DNA of 64,000 bases from Trichosphaerium sp. ATCC 40318 (lineage: Eukaryota > Protista > Tubulinea): NCBI GenBank assembly GCA_038496445.1, contig JALMLS010000466.1, positions 682,001-746,000 of the forward strand. The letters run 5' to 3'. This document shows, in pieces, positions 12,749 through 25,156 of this stretch. Within the stretch, counting starts at the first letter, position 1. Every line of letters begins with the position of its first letter. The translations under genes were made by a program, and so were the position numbers. Under the pieces are notes generated by a model that had not been told where the DNA came from, did no database searches, and saw only the letters and a program-made list of their open reading frames with translations.

Positions 12749-14069
12749 ATGAGCAACTTGGGATTTTTTAACGTTCGCAAGCCTGCAGCGAATAAACCAT
12801 GTACAGATTGGTTTGGCAAAGACGTACGTAGTATAGCTGCAACGTAAGTGACAACGAGTAGACTACCACTACAAGCTCCAATTCCAATAGCGAGCAGAAT
12901 GCAAGCGGGTATGTGGTTCCTAAAACCTTGATCTCACTCGTTGCTCTAGTTTATCGTCTTTCATGTCTGCCAAACCTGCTGCCACACAGGTAAGTTGATG
13001 TGCAATCTATGACTGCTCACACATTAAGGGTTTCGACATGTTCTCACAATCACGTCCAACACCCAGCGCTCTACTCGGCCTTGGCGACCTGGCTCCCTCC
13101 GCTCCACTCAATACTACCTCTCTACTTGGTCTCGGTGCTATAGCTCCGCAACAGCCAACCCAGACTAATTCTCCTGTCGGCCTCGATTCCATGCCACAGT
13201 CCACTCAAACTAAGGCGACGTCTCACGGAAACTTTGGTGCTATGGCTTCTCCCACCCCAGCAAAGACTACTTCCGTACTTGACCTTGGTGGAATGGCTTC
13301 ATCGACTCCAAGCCAGAGCACTTCTCTAGCCGACATTGGAGCCAATTCCATATCTCTTCCTCCCCAAACACAAGCTACCAAACAAACTGTACACAAGCCT
13401 CAACTACATGAAGCTCAAGTAGCTGAAGTAAAACAAGTAGCACAACCTGATGCAGCGCTACAATTGGTCAACGAGGTATCTGCTAATCAAATGCCAGAAT
13501 TTCAAGAGCCAACAAAGGCGCCCCAGCCATATGCTTTACCACCACAACCAAACCCAGTACCTCTGAAAGTGCCTTCAGTACACGAAACTACTCGTCCAAC
13601 AGCAGTAAACCAGCCTTTCTCACCCGCAAGTACTGGACCACAATTCACTCTACGGTACCATCTACTTGCATCGTCTACAATAACACAACGTTAGTAAGCC
13701 ACCTCAAACTACGGAAACTCCAAAGCCCATCAGAATAGAAGAACCTTGGAAACCAACGAGAATTGCAAACCCTACCAGAACACTTTCACCTCAAGTACTT
13801 GACGATATCATCAATGGCAATCAAGCTAATTAGCCTAGGACAATAATATGGGCAATACTAACGAATCAGGAGATCAGAGCGAGTTTTTTGCAGGTCTGTA
13901 TACGAGATCGCTTGAAAGGATTGAGAAACTAAATGCATCAATGAATGATAGCACATTTCTCTTGAAAGCACTACGCGTAAAAATGGCGCGTTTAAACAAT
14001 GACATTCTATTGATGAGTCTACCACTTGAGAGTATTACGGACGATGATGTAATGCAAATTGAAGAATAA
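12749..14069 (+). CDS. Low-complexity S/T/P/Q-rich protein with a C-terminal coiled coil
   Basis: ATG 12749 with GT-AG introns; ORFs 13038-13694 and 13848-14069; degenerate ~17-aa repeats (TTSLLGLGAIAP). Confidence 0.55.
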
Positions 14070-14353
14070 ACCACGTGGTTTTTGTTTTTTGAATGTTTGG
14101 TAGCATTTTACCTTTTGTGTGAAAGAATTGCTGCACATGAGAATTGTTCACGTAACGATTTTGCAACAACGTGCTACGTTCACGAAAAGTGAATACTAGT
14201 ATGTAACTTTTCCAAACTGTTATTTGCTCCACTGTTGTTTACATGGTGAACTCACTGACAAGCGTAGACTTAGAATCAGGTACACAGTTTAAGTCTGTCG
14301 CCTAAGTAGTGGCTTGAGGTTACAAGCTGATTTTTACAAGATTTGCGAGAGGA

Positions 14354-15160
14354 ATGGCGTCAAAACCGCGACCAGTGGTTATTACAGGCCCTTCAGGCGT
14401 TGGTAAAGGAACTTGTACGCAAACTCAATTAAAACCAACTCCGTTTACGTTACTGTAGTGATATCAAAGATCTTGAAGGCATACCCTGACAAAACTGGTC
14501 TCTCAGTCTCTCATACAACACGAGGTCCTCGCCCGGTACTTGACGCTTGAATACACGCTTATTTGACTAACTAAATAAAAGGGAGAAGAAAATGGCGTCC
14601 ATTATTGGTTTACAGATGTGCCAACCATGCAAAAAGAAATTGATGATGGTAAATTCATAGGTAATACGCGTGAAAAGAGCTCTCTGGCAAAATACACAAA
14701 TATAGATTAACAGGCTGTAGAACACGCAAAAGTACACCAAAACTTATATGGAACTAGTATAAAAGCTGTACAGGACGTTGCGAAACAAGTATGTTAAAGT
14801 CACTAACTGGGAAACATTAATTGGAAAAAAGGGCAAAGTTTGCTTGTTGGATATCGATGTCCAAGGCGCACGCAGTGTAAAGAAAACATCCTTGGCGTGC
14901 AAGTATGTTTTTCTCAAGCCTCCATCATTGGAAGAGCTCGAAAAACGCCTCAGAGGACGGTAAACACTCCTTTTGTTTTTACACGACACTCATTGTAAAA
15001 TTGTAGAGGAACCGAAAAAGAAGAAGCAATCCAAGTTCGTTTGGGTAACGCTAAAGCAGAGATCGAGTTCGCCAACGAACAAGGTTTTTGGGATACAGTC
15101 ATTGTAAATGACACTATTGAGCAAGCTTATGAAGAACTCAAGAACTTTGTATTCGAGTAG
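14354..15160 (+). CDS. GUK1: Guanylate kinase (5 introns)
   Basis: [69 protein letters not shown]. Confidence 0.96.
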
Positions 15161-15253
15161 GCACTGTTACTTGTAGCTTGTAAAAAATATACAGAATATT
15201 GTTGACATTTGAGTGTGAAATATTTCTGTACCAGTTTAAAACGTGCTATTACC

Positions 15254-16669
15254 ATGCTCTCACGGTTGCTGCGTAGCTCTGCCTTGGGCTCAGTGCGGTC
15301 AAGACTTCCTCGCCGCGAGAGAAAGGTAGTATTCGAGCACTCTAACGCGTTTCGCTAATAACAGGTAGGTTCCTCTTGATGATGGACAAGCTGATCCGCA
15401 ATACGGTGGAGACAGATCTATTGAAAAGAATACCTCTTTCGTTTCAATGAGAGAAGATATTAAAGCACATCCTCTACGACCAACAGACACATCTAGATAC
15501 GGTGACCATGCGTATTTATTTCGCAAAGAGACAAGTGATAAGTATTTAGACTTGCGTGCGTGAAAATTAAATACTATGGGTAGAATATGCCTTGTTTTAC
15601 TTACTTTCGCCGCTAAATTGTGTTACTCACTTGCTTTCAGTGGATCCTCACAAACAAATCGTTCAGTGGCCTGTAGATCGTATGTCGCCTATTGTAGCAC
15701 CATCAGCGTTTGTTTCTGCCTCTGCAACAGTAATTGGTACGCAAACGTTATGTAAACTAACACATCTAAGTGTAGTGGTTCATGTTCAGTGTATTTTTTC
15801 CGTAAACTCTAACTGTTATGCACAGGTAGAGCTGAAGTTTACGATTTCGCAACTATCTGGCCTGGCGCTACAGTCAACGCGTCAACAAAGCTCATTCGTA
15901 TTGGTACGCTGTCTAAACACTGACACATTTTTTTCTAACGCTAATGAAGGCGCACACTCTAATCTTCAAGACAACGTCACTGTGACAGAGGTATAAGAAC
16001 ATTTTTCGTGTGACATAAAATGTAATTTTTTTTAAAGGAGTTTGGCCCTCTACATGAAGATCATGATGGTAGTACTATCATTGGTAATTTTGTTACTGTT
16101 GGTACGTATAATTGGACTACATTTAGCTTCATAGAAGACTATATGAAGCGTATTTTGACTAAAAAACCATTTTAATTTTTTCAAAAAATAGGTCACAATT
16201 CTACCTTGCGTGCATGTACTATTGAAGATGAATGTATGATTGGATCAGGAAGTGTTCTAACATCTGGATCATACATGGAGCGCCATACGATTCTTGGCGC
16301 TAACTCTGTGCTACTACAACACGATCGTATTCCATCCGGTCAGGTATTTACATGTCATAACCTCTTTTTTTATATTAACTCGTATCTCAATTCTTAGGTT
16401 TGGGCTGGTAATCCTGCAGTGTACATTCGTGATATTACGAGCGAAGAAATTACTGTGATCAGGCGTAACGCTGAATTTTACTCGTACGCGAAACAACAGG
16501 TTAAGAAACTTTGTAAATAACACATATCTTTAGAAAGTTCAGTAAAGAGTACCAACGAGAATGGTATGATGACTATCCAATGGCTATGTACCGACAAGCT
16601 GAGAAAGAAGGCATTCCTGTAGGTTTCAGGACTCACGACCACCACCAACAACAAAAAACAGAGGCTTAA
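15254..16669 (+). CDS. Mitochondrial gamma carbonic anhydrase-like (complex I gamma-CA module)
   Basis: Presequence MLSRLLRSS..., then hexapeptide beta-helix PIVAPSAFVSASATVIG, IRIGAHSNLQDN, TIIGNFVTVGHNSTLRACTIEDECMIG, RIPSGQVWAGNPAVYIR. Confidence 0.9.
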
Positions 16670-17043
16670 ACTGCAAGTGTATTTTTTTTTCGTTTCAGCT
16701 GAGGAGTATCAACGATGTATCAACTCTCATTTTCTTTATATGTTTTACCCACTGATTATTTTGTGGTACAATCACCTGCAATACTGTATTCTTTTAATCA
16801 TCATTGTACACCTAACGTTCGAACCGACAAATGCATTTTTAACTATGTTGCTGTTTTTGAATAAATCATACTCCAACAAATCTCCTTTTAACGTAACGTA
16901 GCGTGCAAGTGAGTAGCGTAAATAGTCAAGGCAAGTTCTTTGGGTGAAAAAAAGCAATAACAATTCGAAGGTTTTAGTTTAAAGGTCATCAAAAACCGTT
17001 GTAGTCGCAACGTTTGTGCTTAAATTTTCATCATTGCTATCGT

Positions 17044-17456
17044 ATGAGCTTTCGTCGCAAGAGATCTCGTTCGTACGCAATAGAAGACAAGATACATAAA
17101 AAAGACGACGCTTCTGAAGGTACGCCAGTAGTTGCAACTACTATATTGGTTTGTTGCAACGAAGATTCAATTGCCTTTTAAGGCTTTGATCGCTATAAAA
17201 TTATCTTGAGCATTGTCGGTTCGCGCTGACGCACATTTTAGACCTTGTAACAGCAGGAAACTATCACATTTACATGTATATTGGCGAAATAATGGACCGA
17301 GCAGGGCAACAGCCAGAGCCTTGGGTTTTAAACCAAGGAGCAGATACCAACGTAATAGACTACGGTGATATACCTAGTATTAAAGAAGAGCAAGAAGATG
17401 CGCCTTCGTCTGTTAAAAGCTTAGATTCTTACGTATCAAGGTCAAGGCGCTTGTGA
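17044..17456 (+). CDS. Small hypothetical protein
   Basis: ATG 17044, one gtacgc...ctgac...ttag intron, then ORF 17274-17456; no recognisable domain. Confidence 0.35.
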
Positions 17457-18117
17457 GTTACCATAATAACGCACACACAAGAGTGTAGATGTACATATTG
17501 TGAATATAAAGTTGTAAAGTTGGTTGATTTAGAGAGAACTCCGTATTTTCAGACAACTCAAAGGGTGTTGCACTGGTTACATACCTACCCCTTATTTAAT
17601 TCAAATAGTTCATGTTACTATTTACATGCATTTTATGCACGTTTCACGTGTTTTATTGAGTTACGAAAATAATTGAAAAATGGAGTTTGTGCGTTTTGCT
17701 CGCTCTCTGCACGTAGTTTCTTGTATTTTTTTTTGGGCAAAATTATCGTATTGAGCTATAGTATGACAGTGACTTCAAGTGAAAAGAAGCATGTACATGT
17801 ATCCACACTTGTTTGCCATACAAATTTCAAAAATAGCAACTCGAAGAACTGCATAAGCATTTTCAACATTTGGTGCATTTCAAAATACGCCAATGTGTAG
17901 TGAAAGAATCAAAATATAACAGGAATTGTAAATTGCAACTTGTTCGGAACTAGGTGTCACATCCTGAGAATGCGCAACTGATCATTAAATCATGTGTTTG
18001 CATTTTTTTTTCAAAATCACATTCAACATTCACGTACTGTTAAGATTGTTCTGATTATTCTATGCAATTAAATCCAAGCGTTGCAGGTTTTTGGATTAAA
18101 TGTGCTTCTTGAAAGCT

Positions 18118-19002
18118 TTATTGTACTTCAGGAAAAGTTTTCTTAAAAGAGTCACGCCCTTTGAGACGTTTTAAATACTCTGCTATTTTAGGGAATTTAT
18201 CTGCGTCTAAAATACCCAGATTCTCAGCAGCATAAACATCATAGCCAAGAACAGAATCAGCTGCGGAGTAGTCGCCAAGAATATAATCATTACCATGTTG
18301 TAGTGCTTTTTCTAGAAATGTTCCACACCTTTCTACCCATTTCTTCTTTTGTTTGTCCATGTGCTCTTCGCTAGGTTCTTTTTCTCTTTTTTCAAGATAA
18401 ATAGGTGTCGTTGTTGCATACATAGTTGCAGGGCCATAAAACATCTAAAATACAAAAAAATATTAGTAAATTGATTGTTTGGTCCGTCACGTGACGTGTC
18501 AAGATACCTACCCACTCGTAGAATTTAGCACGTTTCACAGCATCAGTATGCTTTGGGTGTATCTTAAATTCTACAAGAAATTTAGCAAGAGATGTAAAAG
18601 AGGCGTGTTAAAGATTTTGATTAAATGTTGTTTTCTTACCAGTGTCATATTTATCAAGGAGATAGAGGCATATCGCAGTTGACTCTGTTAGTGTTACATG
18701 CTCATCGACGAACAAAGGTACTGTCTGGTTTGGGTTAAGCTTTGTGTACTCATCTGTTTTAATGTAGTCATCGTCAGTGATTGTCTTAATCTCAATATCG
18801 GATAGACCAAGTTCGTAAATGACCTTAGCAGCGTAGTTTAGTTTGTTTTTCTGGTTTTTGAAAAGTTTTTTTAGTTTCCAAGCTTAAAGCGCACCTGTAA
18901 AGGCCTCACCGAGCTAGCGTGCGATTTGTGATAAAGAGTACCGTTTTTGCCACCTGTTTTAGCTTTCTTTGCTTCTGGCCCATCCTTAGCGGTGTCCGCC
19001 AT
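18118..19002 (-). CDS. Glutathione S-transferase
   Basis: TLYHKSHASSVRPLQVIYELG...KLNPNQTVPLFVDEHVTLTESTAICLYL...; C-terminal domain with YILGDYSAADSVLG...FPKIAEYLKRLKGRDSFKK. Confidence 0.9.
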
Positions 19003-19497
19003 TGCTTCAGCTGTTCTTTTTTGTGGCGTTGTCATGTTGCGCTAGTAGATATGAAGAATAAAGATAGTCAAACTCTGTTTTACGCGTTTTTTTCAGGATT
19101 TAAAAAGCTTCGCCAATTCCACTAAAGAGCTTACAGCAATGACCATGTACGAGGCGGAACCTCGTAATGTTAATACTTTACATACATGCCATTGGTTTAC
19201 AGGAGTGTAAACTAATAAAGTACGCCCTACAGAGGTAAAACAAGCCACTTGACAAACTCCCATTCAGCTGTGCATTTGCACATTGCTCAACGTTTTTACG
19301 CATCGCCGTGTCAAAGTTTTGTAAATGGAATTTCAGAGCGTTGTTCTCTCGTTGTAAAACAGGCAAATGGGATTTTCTGAACGGAAAACAGAATGTTCAC
19401 GAGTAAGGAAATTATTATTCGTAGTCTGATTTTGTCTCGGTCTTTTTCAAATAAAACAAAAAGAATTTAAAAAGCTGAGTAACACCACTTGCCCATA

Positions 19498-20615
19498 ATG
19501 AATTCTAAAGTATTCCAATTTAAACTAGTACTTCTTGGCGAATCAGCAGTTGGTAAATCGTCTCTTGTATTGAGATTCGTAAAGGGACAATTTTTAGACT
19601 ATCAGGAGAGTACTATTGGAGGTACGGGGTTTTATACCGCTTTTTATTATCTTCCGGAAGATAATTGCTTTCCAACAACTTATTTTCACACTAGCCGCAT
19701 TTTTGACTCAAACAGTATGTCTAAACGACACCACAGTAAAATTTGAAATATGGGTCCGTGCTAAACCCCTAAAAACGAACCTAACTGTACTTAGGATACT
19801 GCTGGACAAGAACGTTATCATTCCTTGGCACCTATGTACTATAGAGGCAAAAAATTGATGATTCTATTAACAAACTAACGTATTTGACAGGTGCTCAAGC
19901 AGCGATTGTAGTGTACGACATTACAACAATGGAATCATTCGAACGCGCAAAAAAATGGGTCAAAGAACTCCAACGCCAAGGAAACCCTAATATAATAATT
20001 GCCCTAGCTGGTACAACGTCAATAATAATATTCGCGTACTTATACGTCATTAGGCAACAAGGTCGATCTAGAGGACAACAGAAAGGTTCCTATCACAGTA
20101 CGTAACTTTTTCCGTCACCATGATAGACGTGCCTTTTCTCCAATTTTCTTGATCGCTCCCACTCACCTCTCGCGCACTGTTAACAGTAACGTAGCTCGCA
20201 CAAGAATATTCAGACGACAATGGAATCTTATTTTTCGAAACCAGTGCTAAAACAACTGCAAACGTAAACGAGTTATTTGTTGCTATCGGTACGTTATTTT
20301 CTCACTGACGTAGAATACAACTCTGCGTCAAACGAGGTTTTTTGAAAACAAAAAATAAAAAAAATGGAACAAAATCCACTTTTGTACACTTGTTTTGTCA
20401 TTATTACATACTTGTATCTTACTTGATGTAGCGAAAAAAATCCCTAAATACGAAAACACACGAAACGCGTCAAAATCACCACTAGTCGTTCAAGCAGAAG
20501 CAAACGCCAATCAAAAGAAAGGTAAAGTCAAAACCCCAGAAAAAAAAATTTTGTATTTTGTTTGTACAACTTCTTACGTGGTTTTTTCGTTTTAGGTGGC
20601 CCGTGCTGTGGTTAA
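19498..20615 (+). CDS. RAB5: Rab5-family GTPase (7 introns)
   Basis: [72 protein letters not shown]-terminal GGPCCG*. Confidence 0.97.
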
Positions 20616-20902
20616 TTATTAGTTTTGTGTTGCAGTTACCATTTACCAATTGCTTCTCTCTGTCTTGTTATTGAATCCTGTTTCCTCCATTTGTACAAAA
20701 TAACGCGCTCGCCACACTTAACTTTTCACGTGTATGATTAAATAAAAAGTATAATTAGTTTAGTTCTTTTATTTCTGTTAACGTTTGATGACGTCAAAGT
20801 GACACGAAGTTTTACTTTGTTTCACGTCATAGTGATTCTTTTAAAAGTGTTTATTCTTAGCGTTGTGTTATTAACAATAAACTTGGAGTATTTATTTTGT
20901 GG

Positions 20903-22051
20903 TTACTTTTTCTTTGCAACTACTACCCAGATTCTGTGCCACACATCAATAGGCTCTGTTACTTTACTCAACATATCCTTCATGTCAGCAGTCCAAGCAT
21001 CAACTTGTTCAGATGTTAAGTTCGCTGAACCAATACCATTGCATGTTAACATGCGACCGTGCCTAGAGGAAAAATAAGCTAAAAAATGGTGTACATGGTC
21101 TTTTGTTACCAAGAATCACGTGTGAATCCAAAAGTTTCATCATAACAAAATTGTTCAACAAATTCGAAACCACCTCTTAAGACGTCCACTATTTCGTTTG
21201 GATACATACCTACCAAGTATAAGAAATCCTGAAAAACAAGTGCGCTGTAGATTTCGTTACCTTGATTTCCTGCAAGTGTCCACGATTTATTATACTTTAG
21301 AACTAAATCCTCCGATTTTCTTGCAATGTCACTCTTTAGAGGTAGGTAATCATAATGAGCTATTACCAAGTATCCATCTGGTTTCAATACTCTGTTTATT
21401 TCTTTCATAGCTACAATAAACAGTCAAATAAGCGTTGCTAGCAATGCTGTTGTTGCCTCAGAGGAGAGTTGCTTGTACCTTTGTCATGATCGAACCAATG
21501 CCAACATTGGCCAGCTGTCACAATATCAAATGTATCACTTGGCTGGTTTGTTACTTCTGCTGTTCCAACAGCAAATCTAAGGAGTCAAGAAGCTTCAGTA
21601 CAAGAACGCTTATGTTTGGCTGAATTTCTAGTTTAACAACGCACGTGCAAGGTAATTTTTTTGTTTTGTTTATCCTTTGCGCTGCTGCTATTTGATTCTC
21701 GGATATGTCAAGTCCAACAGACTAAAAAAGCAATAATTACTTTACTGGCAACAGTACAAGCCGTACACTTTTAGCACCACGCTCAACCATACCAAATGCA
21801 ACGTGTCCAGTACCTATTAAGAGATTTACAGTTAATTAAGGTAAAAACGACGTACCAGTCCCTATATCGAGAACTACCTTCCCAGAGATATCAATGCGCT
21901 TTTTTAATTGCTCGTAAAACGACTTTGGGAAACCTGGTCGGTACTTTTCGTACGCATCGCTTAAAAAAGCGTTACGGACGCATTTTGTGCGTAGGTAAGT
22001 ACATTTAACTCACCTTTGACGTCCAAAGTCAACATTGCCACTATCAACCAT
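20903..22051 (-). CDS. Class I SAM-dependent methyltransferase
   Basis: VDFGRQSDAYEKYRPGFPKSFY...VLDIGTGTG...VGLDISENQ...FDIVTAGQCWHWF...EINRVLKPDGYLVI. Confidence 0.9.
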
Positions 22052-23243
22052 TTTTTTTAATCCTTTTAAAGCCATTTGCTGCACTAGCTTTCTTTTGTTA
22101 TTACTTTACCTTAAAATGGAAGTTCTTTAGTGGGTTTACTGTTTTCATTCATTTCAGTGGTTTGACTATTTTAGCGCTAAGCCTAGTTTTTCAAGATTGT
22201 TTGTGAGCAGGTAACCCCACTATAGTACAAGCTGTCCTATTGATGTATCTTTATGGAGTGCCTTGTGATAGTACGACCAGAAAGTCACGTGCTTGCTACA
22301 AATTGGAGTTACCTTTTGCAAAGTAGCATAACGCTAAATTGAAATAGCGTTATGTCAGGTCAACTCCAAGGAGATTGATATTACTCTTTTTCAAATTGTA
22401 TTAGAGTTGAGTAGAAAAGAAGGATACTGGAAAGAGTGACTTGCTGTTGGGATTGTGATGTTAACAACTTCAGTTTGTAAGACTTTAGATAGGCTATTGG
22501 CGCAAACAAAAATGAAGCTTACACCAGATTAACACTGTTAGTGGAAACGACCTTACGGTTTGCAATCCACATAAATATTTTACTTCACTATTTTCCACAA
22601 AGAGTTTTAATGAGAAAGAAAAGCTGCTGTACTGATAGAAATTTAATCTCTGGGAGCGGGCGCGCAGTAATATTTTCATTGGAGCCATACAAACGCTATG
22701 CTGCATACTTGTTTAAGAAAAGGCTAAAGCAGAAGGTTGATTTGTATACGCTAGCGTATGTACAACACGTTCTAGGTGGCGTCACATCCTTGGGCTTTTG
22801 ATGAGTTGGGGCACTCTTTTTAGCGTCCTGAAAGTACAGGAAAGCAAACTGCTAAATTAAACAAATACGGCACTTGGATGTACTCTAATGTTTGCCACGA
22901 CCAGCTATCTACTGGCAACAGGTAGATATAGATTCAACTTGGTTGAATCAACTACATAATGTCATACAGCCCGACAGGTGTACATCTACGTTTGACAGAA
23001 GTGTCAATGCGAAAAAAAAAGGAACGTGTTCCTGAAAAAACAATAAAATCTTCTGTGTAGCACTGTTATTGTCGAGATACCTTTGTTTGTGTCAAGGGTT
23101 TATGAGCTCTTCACAGCATCTATATTCTCAAAAGTATGGGGTAACGTACCAGATATTTACTCATTCACAACTCACACATTTCTTTCAGTTAAACGTGGAG
23201 TTGAACTTAAGTTTCATAAAATTCTCAAGCACAACATCACAAC

Positions 23244-24845
23244 ATGCGCACCGCTATTCTTCGTATAGTGGCTATAGTATTTATTGCATTGTCTATCATA
23301 GTATTTACATCCTTTGGTTTCGGTCTAAACAGCACAAACGAAGTTTTTGCTTTCTTTCAAATTGGAGCTACTCTACTGCTATTGAGGTATTGGCCAAGCA
23401 AGAATGAAAGTTGGGTATGGACAATACTAAAATTCGTTATTTTGGTTCTTGCTATTACTTTGGGCTACACTATCGCGTTTGCAGGGTCGTTCGCAACGGA
23501 CTCGAATGGTTTGGGTCGTAGCGTTGGAATCGTTTTTGGCATTTCAATAGGAATCGCCGTTATTTTGCTCGCTACAGTATATGCGCCTCACTACCGTATT
23601 CGTACCCGTTTCGAGGATCACACAAACTCATTAGGCTTATTTTGCCTGTCACTCGTTTTCCCCACTTTATACACCGCAATGTGGTTCCTCATAGTCAAGG
23701 TATGGCGTTTTCATAAGCAAAACAACTATTAACCCACCTAGGTACTGCCAATTGGAGATTTTGCACATCCAGCTTACGGATTTATTAACGTACAAAGTCT
23801 TGTGATGGTTTCATCGATTTTCGGGATTTCTGGCATCATATTCCTTGTTTCTTGGGCCGCTGGATTCGCAGTCACTGCCTTCACTACTAAAGACTCTAAA
23901 AAACTAAAATTAACGGTTATTGTGATGACTGTTGTCGTGCTACTTGTTGCTACGTACAGCTTATCTCAAACAATATCAGCGCAAAGACTATTCTACCAAT
24001 TACCTGTTGAAGTGTCTCCAGGTAGCCAACTCAAAGTCACGTGCTTAATAGGCGGTGGAGAATCAAAAACAGAAGAAGTACTTAAAGCTGATCCTGGTAT
24101 AGACTTGGTATTATGGAGTGAAGAGACAGGTTATTACAATGATGTCGATGAGTTAAAAAATTTACAAACAATCGCTAAACAATATGGATCTGTTATAGCA
24201 CCTACGTATTTTAATAGTACTCAGTCTAATAACATGGCTGCTCTTATTAGTGATAATGGCGATGTATTATTTACATACAAAAAGCGTCATCCTGTACCAG
24301 GCGTAGAAACATCAATCAAGAGAGGTCCGGGAAAGGTTCAGTCTGCTGATACTATTTTGGGAAAAATTGCTTTAGCAATTTGCTTTGACTTTAACTTTCC
24401 TGACTATATCGCTAAAGTATCACATGATACTGATATTTTTCTTCAACCTTCTCAAACATGGGGACCTATTGGTAAGTACCATGCAAAGGTAAACGCAATG
24501 AGAAGCGTAGAACAAGGATTTCTTTTGATAAGATGTTCGAGTTACGGATACTCTGGTGTATACAATCCTGATGGATCCTGGAGCGCTTTCACTCCTGATA
24601 AAGAGTCTGGTGCTTATACTTTTGTAGTGCCACGAAGATTTAATCGTGTATTCACTCTTTATTCTTATATTGGAGACACTTTTGGATGGATTACAGTTAT
24701 TTTTGCGTTTTTATACTTAGGAGGACTTGTTTTTGTTCCAAATTCTATTTTGAAGAAGCTTAGATATTGGACTATTCTTTCAAATACACGTGACCAGTAT
24801 GCAAATATCAATAGTGACAAGGACGAAGACTATGGAATGATATAA
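23244..24845 (+). CDS. Apolipoprotein N-acyltransferase (Lnt)-like membrane nitrilase-fold protein (1 intron)
   Basis: N-terminal transmembrane helices, PIGDFAHPAYG...IFGISGIIFLVSW, catalytic triad motifs LWSEE / YKKRHPVPG / ICFD, MRSVEQG, C-terminal TLYSYIGD plus a transmembrane helix. Confidence 0.85.
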
Positions 24846-25156
24846 ATAATAATAAATGAATACTTATTACCTTTGAAACCAGTACTCCTTTGAAATGCGA
24901 GAGGAGCTCGGAAAGAGTTCGTTAAATTGAGTGGTTTTCGCACGTCAAAAACATCACTGTAACCCTTTGATTTGTACGTTGTTAGCTGATTTCCGTTGGC
25001 ACTGCTACCTACCTCAACAACGCCAACAATGGGAAAAAAGGTTCACTCAGGCAGCGTTAACAGTGACCTGTCATTCCTTGATCAGAATAAATGTGTCAGT
25101 ATCACATTCTTTCAGCAAGCACAGTACTGTCTCCTAAACCTTGAAAGTAACGCCTC

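Noticed and set aside
22100-23240. ORFs 22494-22801 and 23069-23407
   Set aside because: Short or overlapping the Lnt-like gene out of frame, with no domain signal
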